DNA of 64,000 nt, taken from Candidatus Multivoradales bacterium. Lineage in GTDB: Bacteria; Acidobacteriota; Thermoanaerobaculia; Multivoradales; Multivoraceae. Numbering within the stretch: the first letter of the stretch is position 1; each line of letters begins with the position of its first letter. The stretch spans positions 1,856,001-1,920,000 of the forward strand of contig CBDCWI010000002.1 of NCBI GenBank assembly GCA_965223325.1, written 5' to 3'. Of the stretch, positions 36,718 through 46,674 are shown piece by piece. The position numbers and the translations under genes were made by a program. A model generated the notes under the pieces. The model searched no databases, was not told where the DNA came from, and saw nothing but the letters and a program-made list of their open reading frames with translations.

Positions 36718-39122
36718 GGTGCTTCCTCCCGTTCGCCGGGACGCAGATGACGATCGAAGAAGTCGACCAGTTTCCTGAAGGCGAATCGTGTCTGCGCGTT
36801 CGGTTCGAGGTCCCAGCCGTGGTAGGCGTCAGGCATTGCGACGAGCTCGACGTCCTTCTCGAGTTGGATCAGATGGTGTACCAGGCGCACCGAGTCTTTG
36901 AAGAGAACCACCCGGTCGCGCATCCCGTGCAGGACCATCAGTGGGTCCTCGAGACCTGCGGCATGTAAGTAGGGCGACGACGCCGCATACGCCTCCTTCT
37001 CGTCGGCCGGATCCATCATCACCGCCATCTGACCGGTAAGCGCATGCCACACATTGGTCGCCGGCGCACCCGCAAAGCCGGCCGCGTAGAGCTCGGGGTG
37101 CCGAAAGAGCGACATGCAGGTCATCAGCCCGCCGTAGCTCGAACCCCAGATGCCGACCCGCTCCATGTCGACGAAACCGAGGGTGGCGAGAAAATCGACG
37201 GCACTCGCCAGGTCTTCGACATCGGGCCCGCCATAGGCCAGGCGAATGCCCTCACGAAACACACGACCGCGCCCCCAGCTGCCACGCATGTCGACGTTTA
37301 GGAGCACGTAGCCTTCCTGCGTGAGGTATTGGTCGAGCCCCCATGTCGGATGCGCCGTGCGACCACCCCACTGGTTGCGAACCGCATCGGTATAGACCGA
37401 GCCCAGGATCGCCGGGTATTTGCGTCCTGGGTCATAGTCAGGCGGCAGAGTGAGTCGCCCGTTCAAGGTCGCGCCGTCGACCCGACTTTCGAACGTCACG
37501 TAGCGCGGCGTCTGCCAACGGTAGTTCTCGAACTCTCTAATCGGTGAGCGCGTAACCCGCCGTTCCTCGAGGTGCTGGTCTGGGTCGAGCGTCGTCAGGA
37601 ACAGATCGGGCGGCACGCTGTCGCTCGAGAAGTGCACCGCGGCGAAACGACCGTCGGGACTCGCCCAGGGTTGATGGGTACCCTGACGCTCGCTTCGTGG
37701 GAGCAGCTCTGGCTGCGAACTCTCAGCCGAGAGCCAGAACAGCCGCCGCTCCTCGGCCGCGTCGCGGTTCGCTACCACCAGAGCGCCGCCCGGGCGCGGC
37801 TGGACTTCGGCGACCGCGAAGTCACCCTGCGTGATCTGACGCACCGTACCTTCGAAGTCGGCAAAGAACAGGTGATAGTCGGAGACAGCTCTTTCGAGGC
37901 CCTCGCCGGGACCGAGAAAGTCAGAGATCACGTACAAGCCCGAGCCGTCATCAGCCCACTCGATGCGCCAGAAGTAGGGCGACACTGCATTCGGGTTCTC
38001 CTCTTCCAGCCACACCTCAGTCAACCCGCTTGCGGCCTCGACACGCAGGATGCGCCGGTGCTTGACGTAGAGGTCGCTGGTGTCCACGGCGAAATAGCGG
38101 CCACCGGGCGACCAGCGGTGGCTGTGCAGGTAACCCACCTCGCCTTCCTGGCCGAGATCGATGAAGGTGAGCGGACCAGGCGGGGCCATGGGCTCGCTCA
38201 CGGAGCCAACCTCGACGACGCCCAGTCGCGATCGGCCGGCCTCCTCGCCCGGGTAGGCCCGTCGAACACGATCCGCCGAGGTCTCGACCGTCAGATAGTC
38301 GGGAATGTCGCGCACCGCGACCCCGGTCTGATCGAGCTCGACAACCGAGAGGCGACGACTGTCTGGCGACCAGCGAAAGTCGACCACGCTTTTCGCCTCG
38401 TCGGCCTGCTCAGGCGGCGCCACGCGGTGCACCTCTCCTAACGAGACCGTCCCTGAAGAGGCTGGCCCGCCCGAAGGATGCGGGTCGACCGCAAGCGACG
38501 CAACGTAGAGCGCACCAGCGCGCATGAAGGCAAGCCATTGCCCATCGGGCGAAGCCGCAGCGGAGCGTTCAGGCTCTGTTGTCTCGGTGAGCTGCCGGGG
38601 CGCCGAGCCGGGCTCAACGGTGTAGAGGTCGCCGCGGAAACCGAACACCACGACCGGTCCCTCGGCCGGCTCAGGCCCGCGACGACCCGTGAGAAAGGTC
38701 ACCGCGCTCACCCCCCGATCGAGCCGCCTCCGCTCTTCGAGGACGATGCGCTCGACCGCAGGATCATCGAAGAAACTGGGCTCGGGTGCCGTCGCCTCGC
38801 GGCCTGGCATGCGAGTCAAACGCTGCGGCACGAGCTCGGGGTCTTCGGTGTCGATGAGATAGACGTCACGGAAGGCCTCGCCGACCTCATTCCACAGAAA
38901 GGCGAAGTAGCGACTCGACGGCGACCACACCACGCCGCCTGGCGCAGTCCCGATCAAATTCGGCTGACGGTAGAGGCGCTCGAGTGAATGTTCCGACTGC
39001 GCCGAAGGTGCTTGCGCGGCCAACCCCGCGTTGAGCGGAGCGAGCACCGCGGTGAAGATGACCACGACGGCCAGCCAACGCAGCACGGTGGGACCATCGC
39101 GGCGAGAGTTCTGGTTCAGCAT
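36714..39122 (-). CDS. S9 family peptidase (DPP IV-like), exported
   Basis: N-terminal propeller; GIWGSSYGG; LHGMRD; H in DAYHGW. Confidence 0.92.
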   Translation of the reverse strand: MLNQNSRRDGPTVLRWLAVVVIFTAVLAPLNAGLAAQAPSAQSEHSLERLYRQPNLIGTAPGGVVWSPSSRYFAFLWNEVGEAFRDVYLIDTEDPELVPQRLTRMPGREATAPEPSFFDDPAVERIVLEERRRLDRGVSAVTFLTGRRGPEPAEGPVVVFGFRGDLYTVEPGSAPRQLTETTEPERSAAASPDGQWLAFMRAGALYVASLAVDPHPSGGPASSGTVSLGEVHRVAPPEQADEAKSVVDFRWSPDSRRLSVVELDQTGVAVRDIPDYLTVETSADRVRRAYPGEEAGRSRLGVVEVGSVSEPMAPPGPLTFIDLGQEGEVGYLHSHRWSPGGRYFAVDTSDLYVKHRRILRVEAASGLTEVWLEEENPNAVSPYFWRIEWADDGSGLYVISDFLGPGEGLERAVSDYHLFFADFEGTVRQITQGDFAVAEVQPRPGGALVVANRDAAEERRLFWLSAESSQPELLPRSERQGTHQPWASPDGRFAAVHFSSDSVPPDLFLTTLDPDQHLEERRVTRSPIREFENYRWQTPRYVTFESRVDGATLNGRLTLPPDYDPGRKYPAILGSVYTDAVRNQWGGRTAHPTWGLDQYLTQEGYVLLNVDMRGSWGRGRVFREGIRLAYGGPDVEDLASAVDFLATLGFVDMERVGIWGSSYGGLMTCMSLFRHPELYAAGFAGAPATNVWHALTGQMAVMMDPADEKEAYAASSPYLHAAGLEDPLMVLHGMRDRVVLFKDSVRLVHHLIQLEKDVELVAMPDAYHGWDLEPNAQTRFAFRKLVDFFDRHLRPGEREEAP

Positions 39123-39247
39123 GCCCGCCAGAGTAGCGGCTCACCCGCCATCGGAGCGCTCATCCTGCACCCTGAGCCTGTACACGACCGCCGTGTGACC
39201 GATCGCGGACCGGCCGCCCAGTCGCGAAATCGGGCTTAATGTAGAAT

Positions 39248-40486
39248 TTGATGGTTCTCGCCATCGAGAGCCCCGCCGACCTACATACCTTCCTCCTCGA
39301 GAGACCTATAGCCCGGTGGTCTCCCCGCCTGCACCCCGCCTCTCCCCCTTCGATGACCGAACCTCTCCTCGCAAGTCCAGACCCGCCCCTTCCTGCCGGT
39401 GCCGCCGTTTCCACGGTGATGCCCGGGGTTCTCCTGGTCGGAGACTTTCTCTCCGCCTCGGTAGGCGGACGCGCGGTCTGCGAAGACCTCGCCGAACGCC
39501 TGCCGTCGGTCGGCTTTCAGGTCACGACAACGTCTCGGCACCCAGCCCGCGTCGCACGACTCGGCGACATGCTCTGGACGACGTGGAGCCGACGAGCCGA
39601 GTACCAGGTCGCCCAGGTGGATGTGTTCTCGGGCCTGGCCTTCGTCTGGGCGGAAGCGGCGACCGCACTGCTGAAGCGCCTCGGCAAGCCCTACGCCCTC
39701 ACTCTACGAGGCGGCGAACTGCCCGAGTTCGCGCACGCACACCCCGACCGCATGGAGCGGCTGCTCAACGGAGCCGGCGCCATCACCACACCGTCTCCCT
39801 TCCTGCTGCGCGCGATGCATCGCTACCGCGAAGACCTCGTCCTGCTACCGAATCCGGTCGACCTCTCGCGTTACGCCTATCGCCCTCGCCTGGCGCCCGA
39901 ACCGCGACTCATCTGGCTACGCGCCTTCCATGAGGTCTACAACCCGCAGCTGGCGGTGCACGTTCTCGCAAACCTCCTGGCGGACTTTCCCGAGGCTTCT
40001 CTCGTCATGGTGGGTCCCGACAAGAACGACGGGTCGCTCGCAGAAACCCTCCATACCATCCAGGAACTCGGACTCGCTGATCGAGTCGAAATCGTAGGAG
40101 GTGTGCCGAAACTCGAGGTACCAGGCCAGCTCCAGCGCGGCGACATCTTCCTCAACACCTCCAGCGTCGACAACGCTCCGGTCACCCTGCTCGAGCCAAT
40201 GGCCTGTGGCATACCGGTTGTCAGTACCAACGCCGGCGGGATTCCCGACCTGGTCGAAGACGGTAGAGAAGCGCTCCTCGTCCCTCCCAATGATCCTCAG
40301 GCGATGACGGGCGCGGTTCGCACTGTGCTCGAACAGCCCGAGAGAATCCCGGCACTTCTCGAGGCAGCCCTCGAACGGGTGATGCAGCACGACTGGTCAC
40401 GGGTCTTGCCGCAATGGCAGGCCCTTCTTTCGTCGCTCGCCAAAACGGCACCGACCGACGACCCAACCCGCGGCGGCCGGCAGTGA
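39248..40486 (+). CDS. Glycosyltransferase family 4
   Basis: 'DNAPVTLLEPMACGIPVVSTNAGGIP' GT-B motif. Start uncertain, possibly further downstream. Confidence 0.88.
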   Translation: MMVLAIESPADLHTFLLERPIARWSPRLHPASPPSMTEPLLASPDPPLPAGAAVSTVMPGVLLVGDFLSASVGGRAVCEDLAERLPSVGFQVTTTSRHPARVARLGDMLWTTWSRRAEYQVAQVDVFSGLAFVWAEAATALLKRLGKPYALTLRGGELPEFAHAHPDRMERLLNGAGAITTPSPFLLRAMHRYREDLVLLPNPVDLSRYAYRPRLAPEPRLIWLRAFHEVYNPQLAVHVLANLLADFPEASLVMVGPDKNDGSLAETLHTIQELGLADRVEIVGGVPKLEVPGQLQRGDIFLNTSSVDNAPVTLLEPMACGIPVVSTNAGGIPDLVEDGREALLVPPNDPQAMTGAVRTVLEQPERIPALLEAALERVMQHDWSRVLPQWQALLSSLAKTAPTDDPTRGGRQ

Positions 40487-40521
40487 CCGTCATGTCGCCT
40501 CGTCCGCGGCTCGCAAGCTAG

Positions 40522-42540
40522 ATGTGTGGGATCGCAGGTCTCTTCGAGCTCGACGGTTCGTTCAACGAGCGAAGTGGCGCCGTCGCCTCCCGCATGGCCG
40601 ACCAACTGGAGCACCGTGGCCCGAACGACGCGGGACTGCTCCATCAAGGCCCCCTGGCCTTCGGGTTTCGCCGCCTGAGTGTCATCGACCTCGAAACCGG
40701 TCACCAGCCGATGTCGAACCCCGACGGTTCGGTATGGGTGATGCTCAACGGAGAGGTCTACAACTACGTCGAGTTACGCACCGCCCTCGAGTCTCGCGGC
40801 CATACCTTCCGCACCAACTCCGACACCGAGACCGTCATCTGCGCCTACGCCGAACACGGCCTCGACTTCGTCGACCATCTGCGTGGCATGTTCGCAATTG
40901 CCCTCTGGGACCAAAACCGGAAGCGCCTCGTCCTCGTACGAGATCGCCTCGGCCAGAAGCCACTGTTCTACGCCCAGGCAGGGGGGCAACTTGCATTCGC
41001 TTCCGAACAGAAGGCTCTGCTCCCGTGGCCACATCTCGATCGCTCTCTCGATCCGGAAGCCCTGCACGACTACCTGACGTTTCTCTATGTCCCCTCGCCC
41101 TCCAGCATCTTCTCTTCGGTGAGGAAGCTACCGGCGGCACACATGCTGATCGCCAGCGCGGGCCAAGCGCTGAAGTTGCGGCGATACTGGAACGTCGTCC
41201 CGAGGCCCGAAGCGGATCGAACAGAGGCGGACTGGCAGCGCGACCTTCACGACACCCTGAGTGAAGCAGTTCGCCTCAGATTGCGCAGCGACGTCCCGCT
41301 CGGCGCCTTCTTGAGTGGCGGCATCGACTCGACGGTCATCACCAGTTTGATGTGCGAGCATGCCGGCGGATCATCTGAAGTCGAAACCTTTTCGATCGGC
41401 TTTGCCGATTCGCGTTTCGACGAGTCGGGCCTGGCGAAACGGACCGCAAGCGCCTTCGGCACCCGTCATACGACCGAGGTGATCGACGACACGAGCCTCA
41501 CACCGCGTGAGCTCGAGGTCCTGACCTGGCACATGGACGAGCCTTTTGGTGATTCGTCGTTCATCCCGACCTACTGGGTCTCGCGGTCGGCTAGAAAACA
41601 CGTCACGGTGGCACTTTCTGGTGATGGTGGCGACGAGCTCTTCGCCGGCTACCATCGCTACCGCCGCTTCCAACAGCTCGAAGGCCTGGCCCGACTCCCT
41701 CGTTCTGTGAATCGGGCCGGCGAACTCCTGAGCGGCTCTGCCATGCGTTGCGCCATGCCCCTGGCGCCGGCCCTCGGAGAGCGTCTCCGCCAGATCGAAA
41801 AAGCGTTCGCGATCGGTCAGCTCGAGCCCGCCGAACAAATGCTGGCGCTCGTTACCTACTTCGATGAGTCGTCGAAAGCGAAGCTGTACTCGAGGGATTG
41901 GCAAGCGCAACCAACCGGTTATCGAAGCATCGAACGGGTGGTGTCACAGCTCGCAGCGCTCCCACCGGGTGGTTCTTCGCTGGCGCGCTTCATGGCCCGT
42001 GATGTGACCTCGAACATGATCGACGACGCGCTGGTCAAGGTCGACCGCGCCTCGATGGCTTGCTCACTCGAAGTGCGCAACCCGTTCCTCGATCACAAAG
42101 TCGTCGAACTGGCCCTTCGCATTCCACTGCAGTACAAGATCCGCCAGGGGACCCAGAAGTGGATCCTCCGGCGGACCTTTGCCGGTGAGATTCCCGAGCA
42201 CATCAAAGGCGCCAGGAAGCGTGGCTTTGAAGTTCCCTTCGCCGTATGGTTCCAGCGGGCTCCGTGGCGTGACTTCGTCATCGACACACTCTCGCCCGCG
42301 TCGATCCACCGCGCTGGCATTTTCGACTCCGAGGAGGTCCTCAAACTCCGCGACGCTCTTCTCCGTGACCCCGAAGCCAGGGGTGTTGCCCTGAGCGCCT
42401 ATCAGTTGCGACACCGTGTTTGGATGTTGCTCGTCTTTCAGATCTGGTGGCAACAATTCGTCGACAGACCGGCTCGACCCGCCACCAGGCCCCATACCTC
42501 GGACCGCCATGCGGAGGTGCCATGCGCCTTGCCATCGTGA
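40522..42540 (+). CDS. asnB: Asparagine synthase (glutamine-hydrolysing) family amidotransferase
   Basis: MCGIAG, HRGP, NGEVYN, SDTE, RDRLG.KP, LSGGIDS, SGDGGDE, DR.SMA.SLEVR.PFLD. Confidence 0.93.
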   Translation: MCGIAGLFELDGSFNERSGAVASRMADQLEHRGPNDAGLLHQGPLAFGFRRLSVIDLETGHQPMSNPDGSVWVMLNGEVYNYVELRTALESRGHTFRTNSDTETVICAYAEHGLDFVDHLRGMFAIALWDQNRKRLVLVRDRLGQKPLFYAQAGGQLAFASEQKALLPWPHLDRSLDPEALHDYLTFLYVPSPSSIFSSVRKLPAAHMLIASAGQALKLRRYWNVVPRPEADRTEADWQRDLHDTLSEAVRLRLRSDVPLGAFLSGGIDSTVITSLMCEHAGGSSEVETFSIGFADSRFDESGLAKRTASAFGTRHTTEVIDDTSLTPRELEVLTWHMDEPFGDSSFIPTYWVSRSARKHVTVALSGDGGDELFAGYHRYRRFQQLEGLARLPRSVNRAGELLSGSAMRCAMPLAPALGERLRQIEKAFAIGQLEPAEQMLALVTYFDESSKAKLYSRDWQAQPTGYRSIERVVSQLAALPPGGSSLARFMARDVTSNMIDDALVKVDRASMACSLEVRNPFLDHKVVELALRIPLQYKIRQGTQKWILRRTFAGEIPEHIKGARKRGFEVPFAVWFQRAPWRDFVIDTLSPASIHRAGIFDSEEVLKLRDALLRDPEARGVALSAYQLRHRVWMLLVFQIWWQQFVDRPARPATRPHTSDRHAEVPCALPS

Positions 42541-43697
42541 GCTCGGAGTTTCCGCCCGGCCCGGGAGGAATCGGCACTCACGCCTACCAACTTGCCAGCA
42601 ACCTGGCCGCCGACGGCTGGCAGGTCGGCGTGTGCACCCCTCAGCACTACGCCGAGGAGCACGACATCACGGCCTGGAACGAACTCCAACCGTTTTCGGT
42701 CCACCGACTGGCCAGCCGGCTCCCCGGTCCCTTGAGGCTCCCCGCCGGTGCGCGCCAGATCCGGCGGGCCGTCCGATCGCTGCGACCAGAGGTCATGCTG
42801 GCGAGCGGCGACCGTGCCATCTACGCCGCTGCACTGCTGGCGAAGACCGAGAAGCTGCCCTGGCTCGCGGTCGAGCACGGTCGCGTGCCGCCCGCCGCTG
42901 AGCAATGGATCAAGCGCTGGGCGTTCGAAAGCGCCAATGCGATCGTTGGGGTGAGTTCGTACAGCCTTTCCCGGCTGCTCGAAGGCCTCGGGATCGAGTC
43001 GCCGCGAACCGAAGTCATTCACAACGGCGCCGACCCATCGGCCTTTCGAGTGCTGCCCGAAGAGGAAGGCAACCACTTCCGCTCTGACTTTGGGCTCGAA
43101 GGAAAGAAACTCCTGGTAACAGTCGGCAATGTCACCTCGAGAAAGGGCCAGGACGTGGTGATTCGTGCCATGCCCAGGGTGATCGAAAAAGTGCCCGATG
43201 CTCACTACCTGATCGTTGGCCTACCGACTCTCGAGGCTCAGTTCAAACGACTCGCCGGTGAGCTCGGGGTGTCCGCACACGTGCACTTCCTTGGCCGGCT
43301 GGACGATTCGAATCTTCTGCGCTGTCTCAATGCCAGTGATCTCTTCGTCATGACCAGCCGCCACACCGCCCTGGAGTTCGAGGGTTTCGGAATCGCGGTC
43401 ATCGAGGCCGCGCTATGTGGCAAGTGCGCCGTGGTCAGCGACGACTCAGGCCTCGTCGAGGCCATCGTCGATGGCGAGACCGGCCTCGCGGTTCCCATGG
43501 AAGACCCCGACGCGACAGCGCATGCCATCGTCTCGTTGCTCGGGAACGACAACCTGCGCGCCAGGATGGCGACCGCTGCCCATCGTCGTGCCGCTACCGA
43601 GCAGACCTGGGCCCAGAAGGTCAGAGACTACGGAAACCTGCTCGAGCAACTGGCCGAGGGCCAGACATCTCGCATGGCGGGGCGAAGCAGCGCGTAG
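42522..43697 (+). CDS. Glycosyltransferase family 4 (PimB-like)
   Basis: 'EFPPGPGGI', RKGQD, EGFGIAVIEA; ATG 42522 after GGAGG. Confidence 0.9.
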   Translation: MRLAIVSSEFPPGPGGIGTHAYQLASNLAADGWQVGVCTPQHYAEEHDITAWNELQPFSVHRLASRLPGPLRLPAGARQIRRAVRSLRPEVMLASGDRAIYAAALLAKTEKLPWLAVEHGRVPPAAEQWIKRWAFESANAIVGVSSYSLSRLLEGLGIESPRTEVIHNGADPSAFRVLPEEEGNHFRSDFGLEGKKLLVTVGNVTSRKGQDVVIRAMPRVIEKVPDAHYLIVGLPTLEAQFKRLAGELGVSAHVHFLGRLDDSNLLRCLNASDLFVMTSRHTALEFEGFGIAVIEAALCGKCAVVSDDSGLVEAIVDGETGLAVPMEDPDATAHAIVSLLGNDNLRARMATAAHRRAATEQTWAQKVRDYGNLLEQLAEGQTSRMAGRSSA

Positions 43698-43736
43698 GCG
43701 ACGGGCGGAAACGGAGGCTCGCGATAGAGTCTCTCG

Positions 43737-45881
43737 ATGCACCAGAGAATCAGCTCGATCATCGTCCCGTGTGTACCGCTTCTCTTCCTCTTTCTCGCCA
43801 GCACCGGTCTCTCCGCCGAAGCCCCCGCGTTCACGGATGCCCAGGCAACCACCGGCCAGGTCGCCTACCTAGAGCACTGCGCTTCCTGCCATGGTCGGTC
43901 TCTTGGCGGCACTCACCTATCACCCAGCCTGGTGGGTGGTCACTTCGATCAGATGTGGCGTGGTAAGTCTCTCGATCTGCTCTCGTTTCATGTGCGCCGC
44001 ATGCCACCCGAGAACGCGCCCGACTACATAGCGCTCGACGCAGAAACGCACACCCAAATCGTCGCGTACGTGTTGAAGGCGAACGGTTTCGAACCTGGCG
44101 AGAAGGCAATGCCCAGCGATATGGCAGCGCTTGCCAAGGTGACCTTGCCGCGCCTGCCAGGGGTTGACTACGACCCGGACGCGCCGGTCAAACCTTCGCG
44201 ACGCCAGACCGCGACCCTCGCCAAACTTCCCGCGGTGACCAGCGAGATGCTGCGCTCTCCGGCACCCGGCGACTGGTTGTACTGGGGGCGTACTGCAGAC
44301 GGCCAGAACTCGAGCCCACTCGACCACATCAACCGCGAAAACGTCGCCCAGCTGCAACCGGCCTGGCGCGCTCCCCTACGCAGCGGCACCAGCATGCCGA
44401 TGCCGCTGGTTCATGGCGGCGTGATGTTTCTCCACACCTTCCCTGACACTGTGCTCGCTCTCGACGCCACCAACGGCCAGGTCTTGTGGCGCTACCAACA
44501 CAAGGTCAAGGGAGTGTCGAGTCAGAAGATGGGGATCGCTCTCTATGGCAACAAGGTGCTGGTGCCGACTTCCGATCTTCACCTGGTAGCCCTCGACGCT
44601 CGAACCGGCGCCCTGATCTGGGACCACGACATCCAGACCGAGTCTCCCAAGGGCGGCCTGGGGGGCTATCAACTGCGCAGCGCTCCGCTGGTTGCTGGAG
44701 GCAACGTGCTACAGGGCGTGTCGGCGAGCTTCGTCAAACGCGGCGGCTTCATCGTTGCGGTCGACATCGAGAGCGGCGAGGAGTCGTGGCGCTGGAACAG
44801 CATTCCACGACCCGGTGAACCGGGTGACGAGACCTGGAACGACGTGCCGATTGACCAACGCAGCGGTGGCTCGGTGTGGCATCAGGGGACCTGGGATCCC
44901 GAGCTCAATCTGGTCTACTACGGCGTCGCACCGACCTACGACACCGGCCCGCTTCTCGAGGCCGTCGACAAAGAAGGCGTCACCAACGGCGCTCTGTACA
45001 CCAACTGCACGGTCGCTCTCAATCCCGAAACCGGCAAGCTGGTCTGGCACTACCAGCACCTCGCCAACGACCAGTGGGACCTCGACTGGGCCTTTGAGCG
45101 CCAGATCGCCACTGTGACCATGGACGGCAAGGAGCGTAAGGTCGTCATGAACGCCGGCAAGATCGCAATTCTCGAAGCGCTCGACGCGGCAACCGGTGAG
45201 TATCTGTTCTCGCTCGACCCGGGTATCCAGAACATCGTCTCGGCGATCGATCCGGAAACCGGAGAGAAGACGATCGATCCCAAGCGCATTCCAGACCTCG
45301 AAACCTCGGCGCTGATCTGCCCGAGTCCCATCGGCGCGCGCTCCTGGCCGACCACCTCGTTTGACCCTAAGACCCAGCTCGCCTACCTGCCGATCACCGA
45401 GTCGTGCGTTACATTCGATCCGCCGAACGCATCGGCCGGTGGCTTCCGACTCCTGACCTCGGGAGTGACCATCGGCCCGGGCGTTCACCCCGACTCCGCC
45501 GACGGTAAAGTCGGCCGCCTGCAGGCGATGGATATTGGCTACCGCGAGCTCGCCTGGACTCACGATCAGGTGGCGCCGCTCTCGACCAGTCTGCTGGCAA
45601 CTGCCGGTGGGCTTCTTTTCTCAGGCGACCTCGAGCCGTCGATCAAGGCCTTTGACGCCAAAACCGGCGAGCAACTCTGGCGTGGCCAACTCGACGCCCC
45701 GCCGAGCTCGAGCATCATCAGCTACACCGTGGGCGACAAGCAGTACGTCGCAGTCGTCGTGGGAGTCAGCAACTTTCACATCGGTGGGCTCGCACAGGCC
45801 TACGAGGAGATCAAGAAGACAACCGAGGTGCCTGAGGCGCCACCAAATGGTGGTGCCGCGATCTGGGTCTTCTCGCTCTAG
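43737..45881 (+). CDS. PQQ-dependent dehydrogenase family protein with N-terminal cytochrome c domain
   Basis: Signal peptide; CASCHG; 'DW..WGRT', 'SPLDHIN..NV..L', GGSVW, 'WHYQH..ND.WDLD'. Confidence 0.88.
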   Translation: MHQRISSIIVPCVPLLFLFLASTGLSAEAPAFTDAQATTGQVAYLEHCASCHGRSLGGTHLSPSLVGGHFDQMWRGKSLDLLSFHVRRMPPENAPDYIALDAETHTQIVAYVLKANGFEPGEKAMPSDMAALAKVTLPRLPGVDYDPDAPVKPSRRQTATLAKLPAVTSEMLRSPAPGDWLYWGRTADGQNSSPLDHINRENVAQLQPAWRAPLRSGTSMPMPLVHGGVMFLHTFPDTVLALDATNGQVLWRYQHKVKGVSSQKMGIALYGNKVLVPTSDLHLVALDARTGALIWDHDIQTESPKGGLGGYQLRSAPLVAGGNVLQGVSASFVKRGGFIVAVDIESGEESWRWNSIPRPGEPGDETWNDVPIDQRSGGSVWHQGTWDPELNLVYYGVAPTYDTGPLLEAVDKEGVTNGALYTNCTVALNPETGKLVWHYQHLANDQWDLDWAFERQIATVTMDGKERKVVMNAGKIAILEALDAATGEYLFSLDPGIQNIVSAIDPETGEKTIDPKRIPDLETSALICPSPIGARSWPTTSFDPKTQLAYLPITESCVTFDPPNASAGGFRLLTSGVTIGPGVHPDSADGKVGRLQAMDIGYRELAWTHDQVAPLSTSLLATAGGLLFSGDLEPSIKAFDAKTGEQLWRGQLDAPPSSSIISYTVGDKQYVAVVVGVSNFHIGGLAQAYEEIKKTTEVPEAPPNGGAAIWVFSL

Positions 45882-45909
45882 CTGGAGAGCTCCACGTCCG
45901 CACGAGCCC

Positions 45910-46674
45910 TCACGGCTTCGCGCCTTCCTCAGACGGTCTTTCAAACGCCGGTTTTCGCTCTCCCCGGTGACAGGTCCAGCAGGTCGGCGTTTCTTCGCCC
46001 TCGAACAGGGAACTGCCGACGGAATCGACCATCTGCAACATCGCTCGGGCCTTCTGCTTGCGCGCCTTCTGGTCACTGGCAGGGTCACTGCCGACGTGAC
46101 AGTCGCTGCAGAAGGCATCGATGGAAGTGGCGATGAACTCCATGGTGGGCTCGATCGAGCCGGCCGACCAGTCGCCGAGAACCTGGAGATTCGAATAGAC
46201 CCGAGAGGCAACCTTTCTGACCATGCGATGCGGGGCCGCGAAGGGATTCGCCGCGCGCCCAGCGGATGAAGCGTTCTCTCCAGGTGGTGCACGCTCCGGC
46301 ACCGGTGCCCCGCGGTGGCACGTCCAGCAGCGCACCGGCGCGCCCTGACCGGGGAAGTGGTCCTGGTTGATTCGCATCACCACGTTCCACATCTCTGGAA
46401 TCCGAGCGCGACGCTCCAGCTTCACAGTCGGCAGGTCGACGCTCGCAAGCGCCGCTTCGTCGTGGCAGTGTCCGCAGGGAACTCCCAGGTCTGTGCTGAT
46501 CTCGAGCATCAAGCGATCGAGCATCGCGGCCGACACCCCATCACCGGTGAAGATCTCGATGTTCTCGTAGTACTCACGCGCCGGCACGTTCTTCTCGTCC
46601 TGGCGGCCGTAGACCGCGCCGGCAACCAGCACACAGCTGGCGGCACCTAGACAAAGGACCCGGAATCTTCTCAT
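45910..46674 (-). CDS. Tetraheme c-type cytochrome (reaction-centre cytochrome c subunit-like, internal duplication)
   Basis: CGHCH, CWTCH, CSDCH, CWTCH; signal peptide; ATG 46674 overlaps the MFS stop (ATGA). Confidence 0.85.
   Translation of the reverse strand: MRRFRVLCLGAASCVLVAGAVYGRQDEKNVPAREYYENIEIFTGDGVSAAMLDRLMLEISTDLGVPCGHCHDEAALASVDLPTVKLERRARIPEMWNVVMRINQDHFPGQGAPVRCWTCHRGAPVPERAPPGENASSAGRAANPFAAPHRMVRKVASRVYSNLQVLGDWSAGSIEPTMEFIATSIDAFCSDCHVGSDPASDQKARKQKARAMLQMVDSVGSSLFEGEETPTCWTCHRGERKPAFERPSEEGAKP

Noticed and set aside
45910-46674. Phototrophy implied by a reaction-centre cytochrome-like protein
   Set aside because: No reaction-centre or bacteriochlorophyll genes nearby; only the heme-motif pattern is shared.
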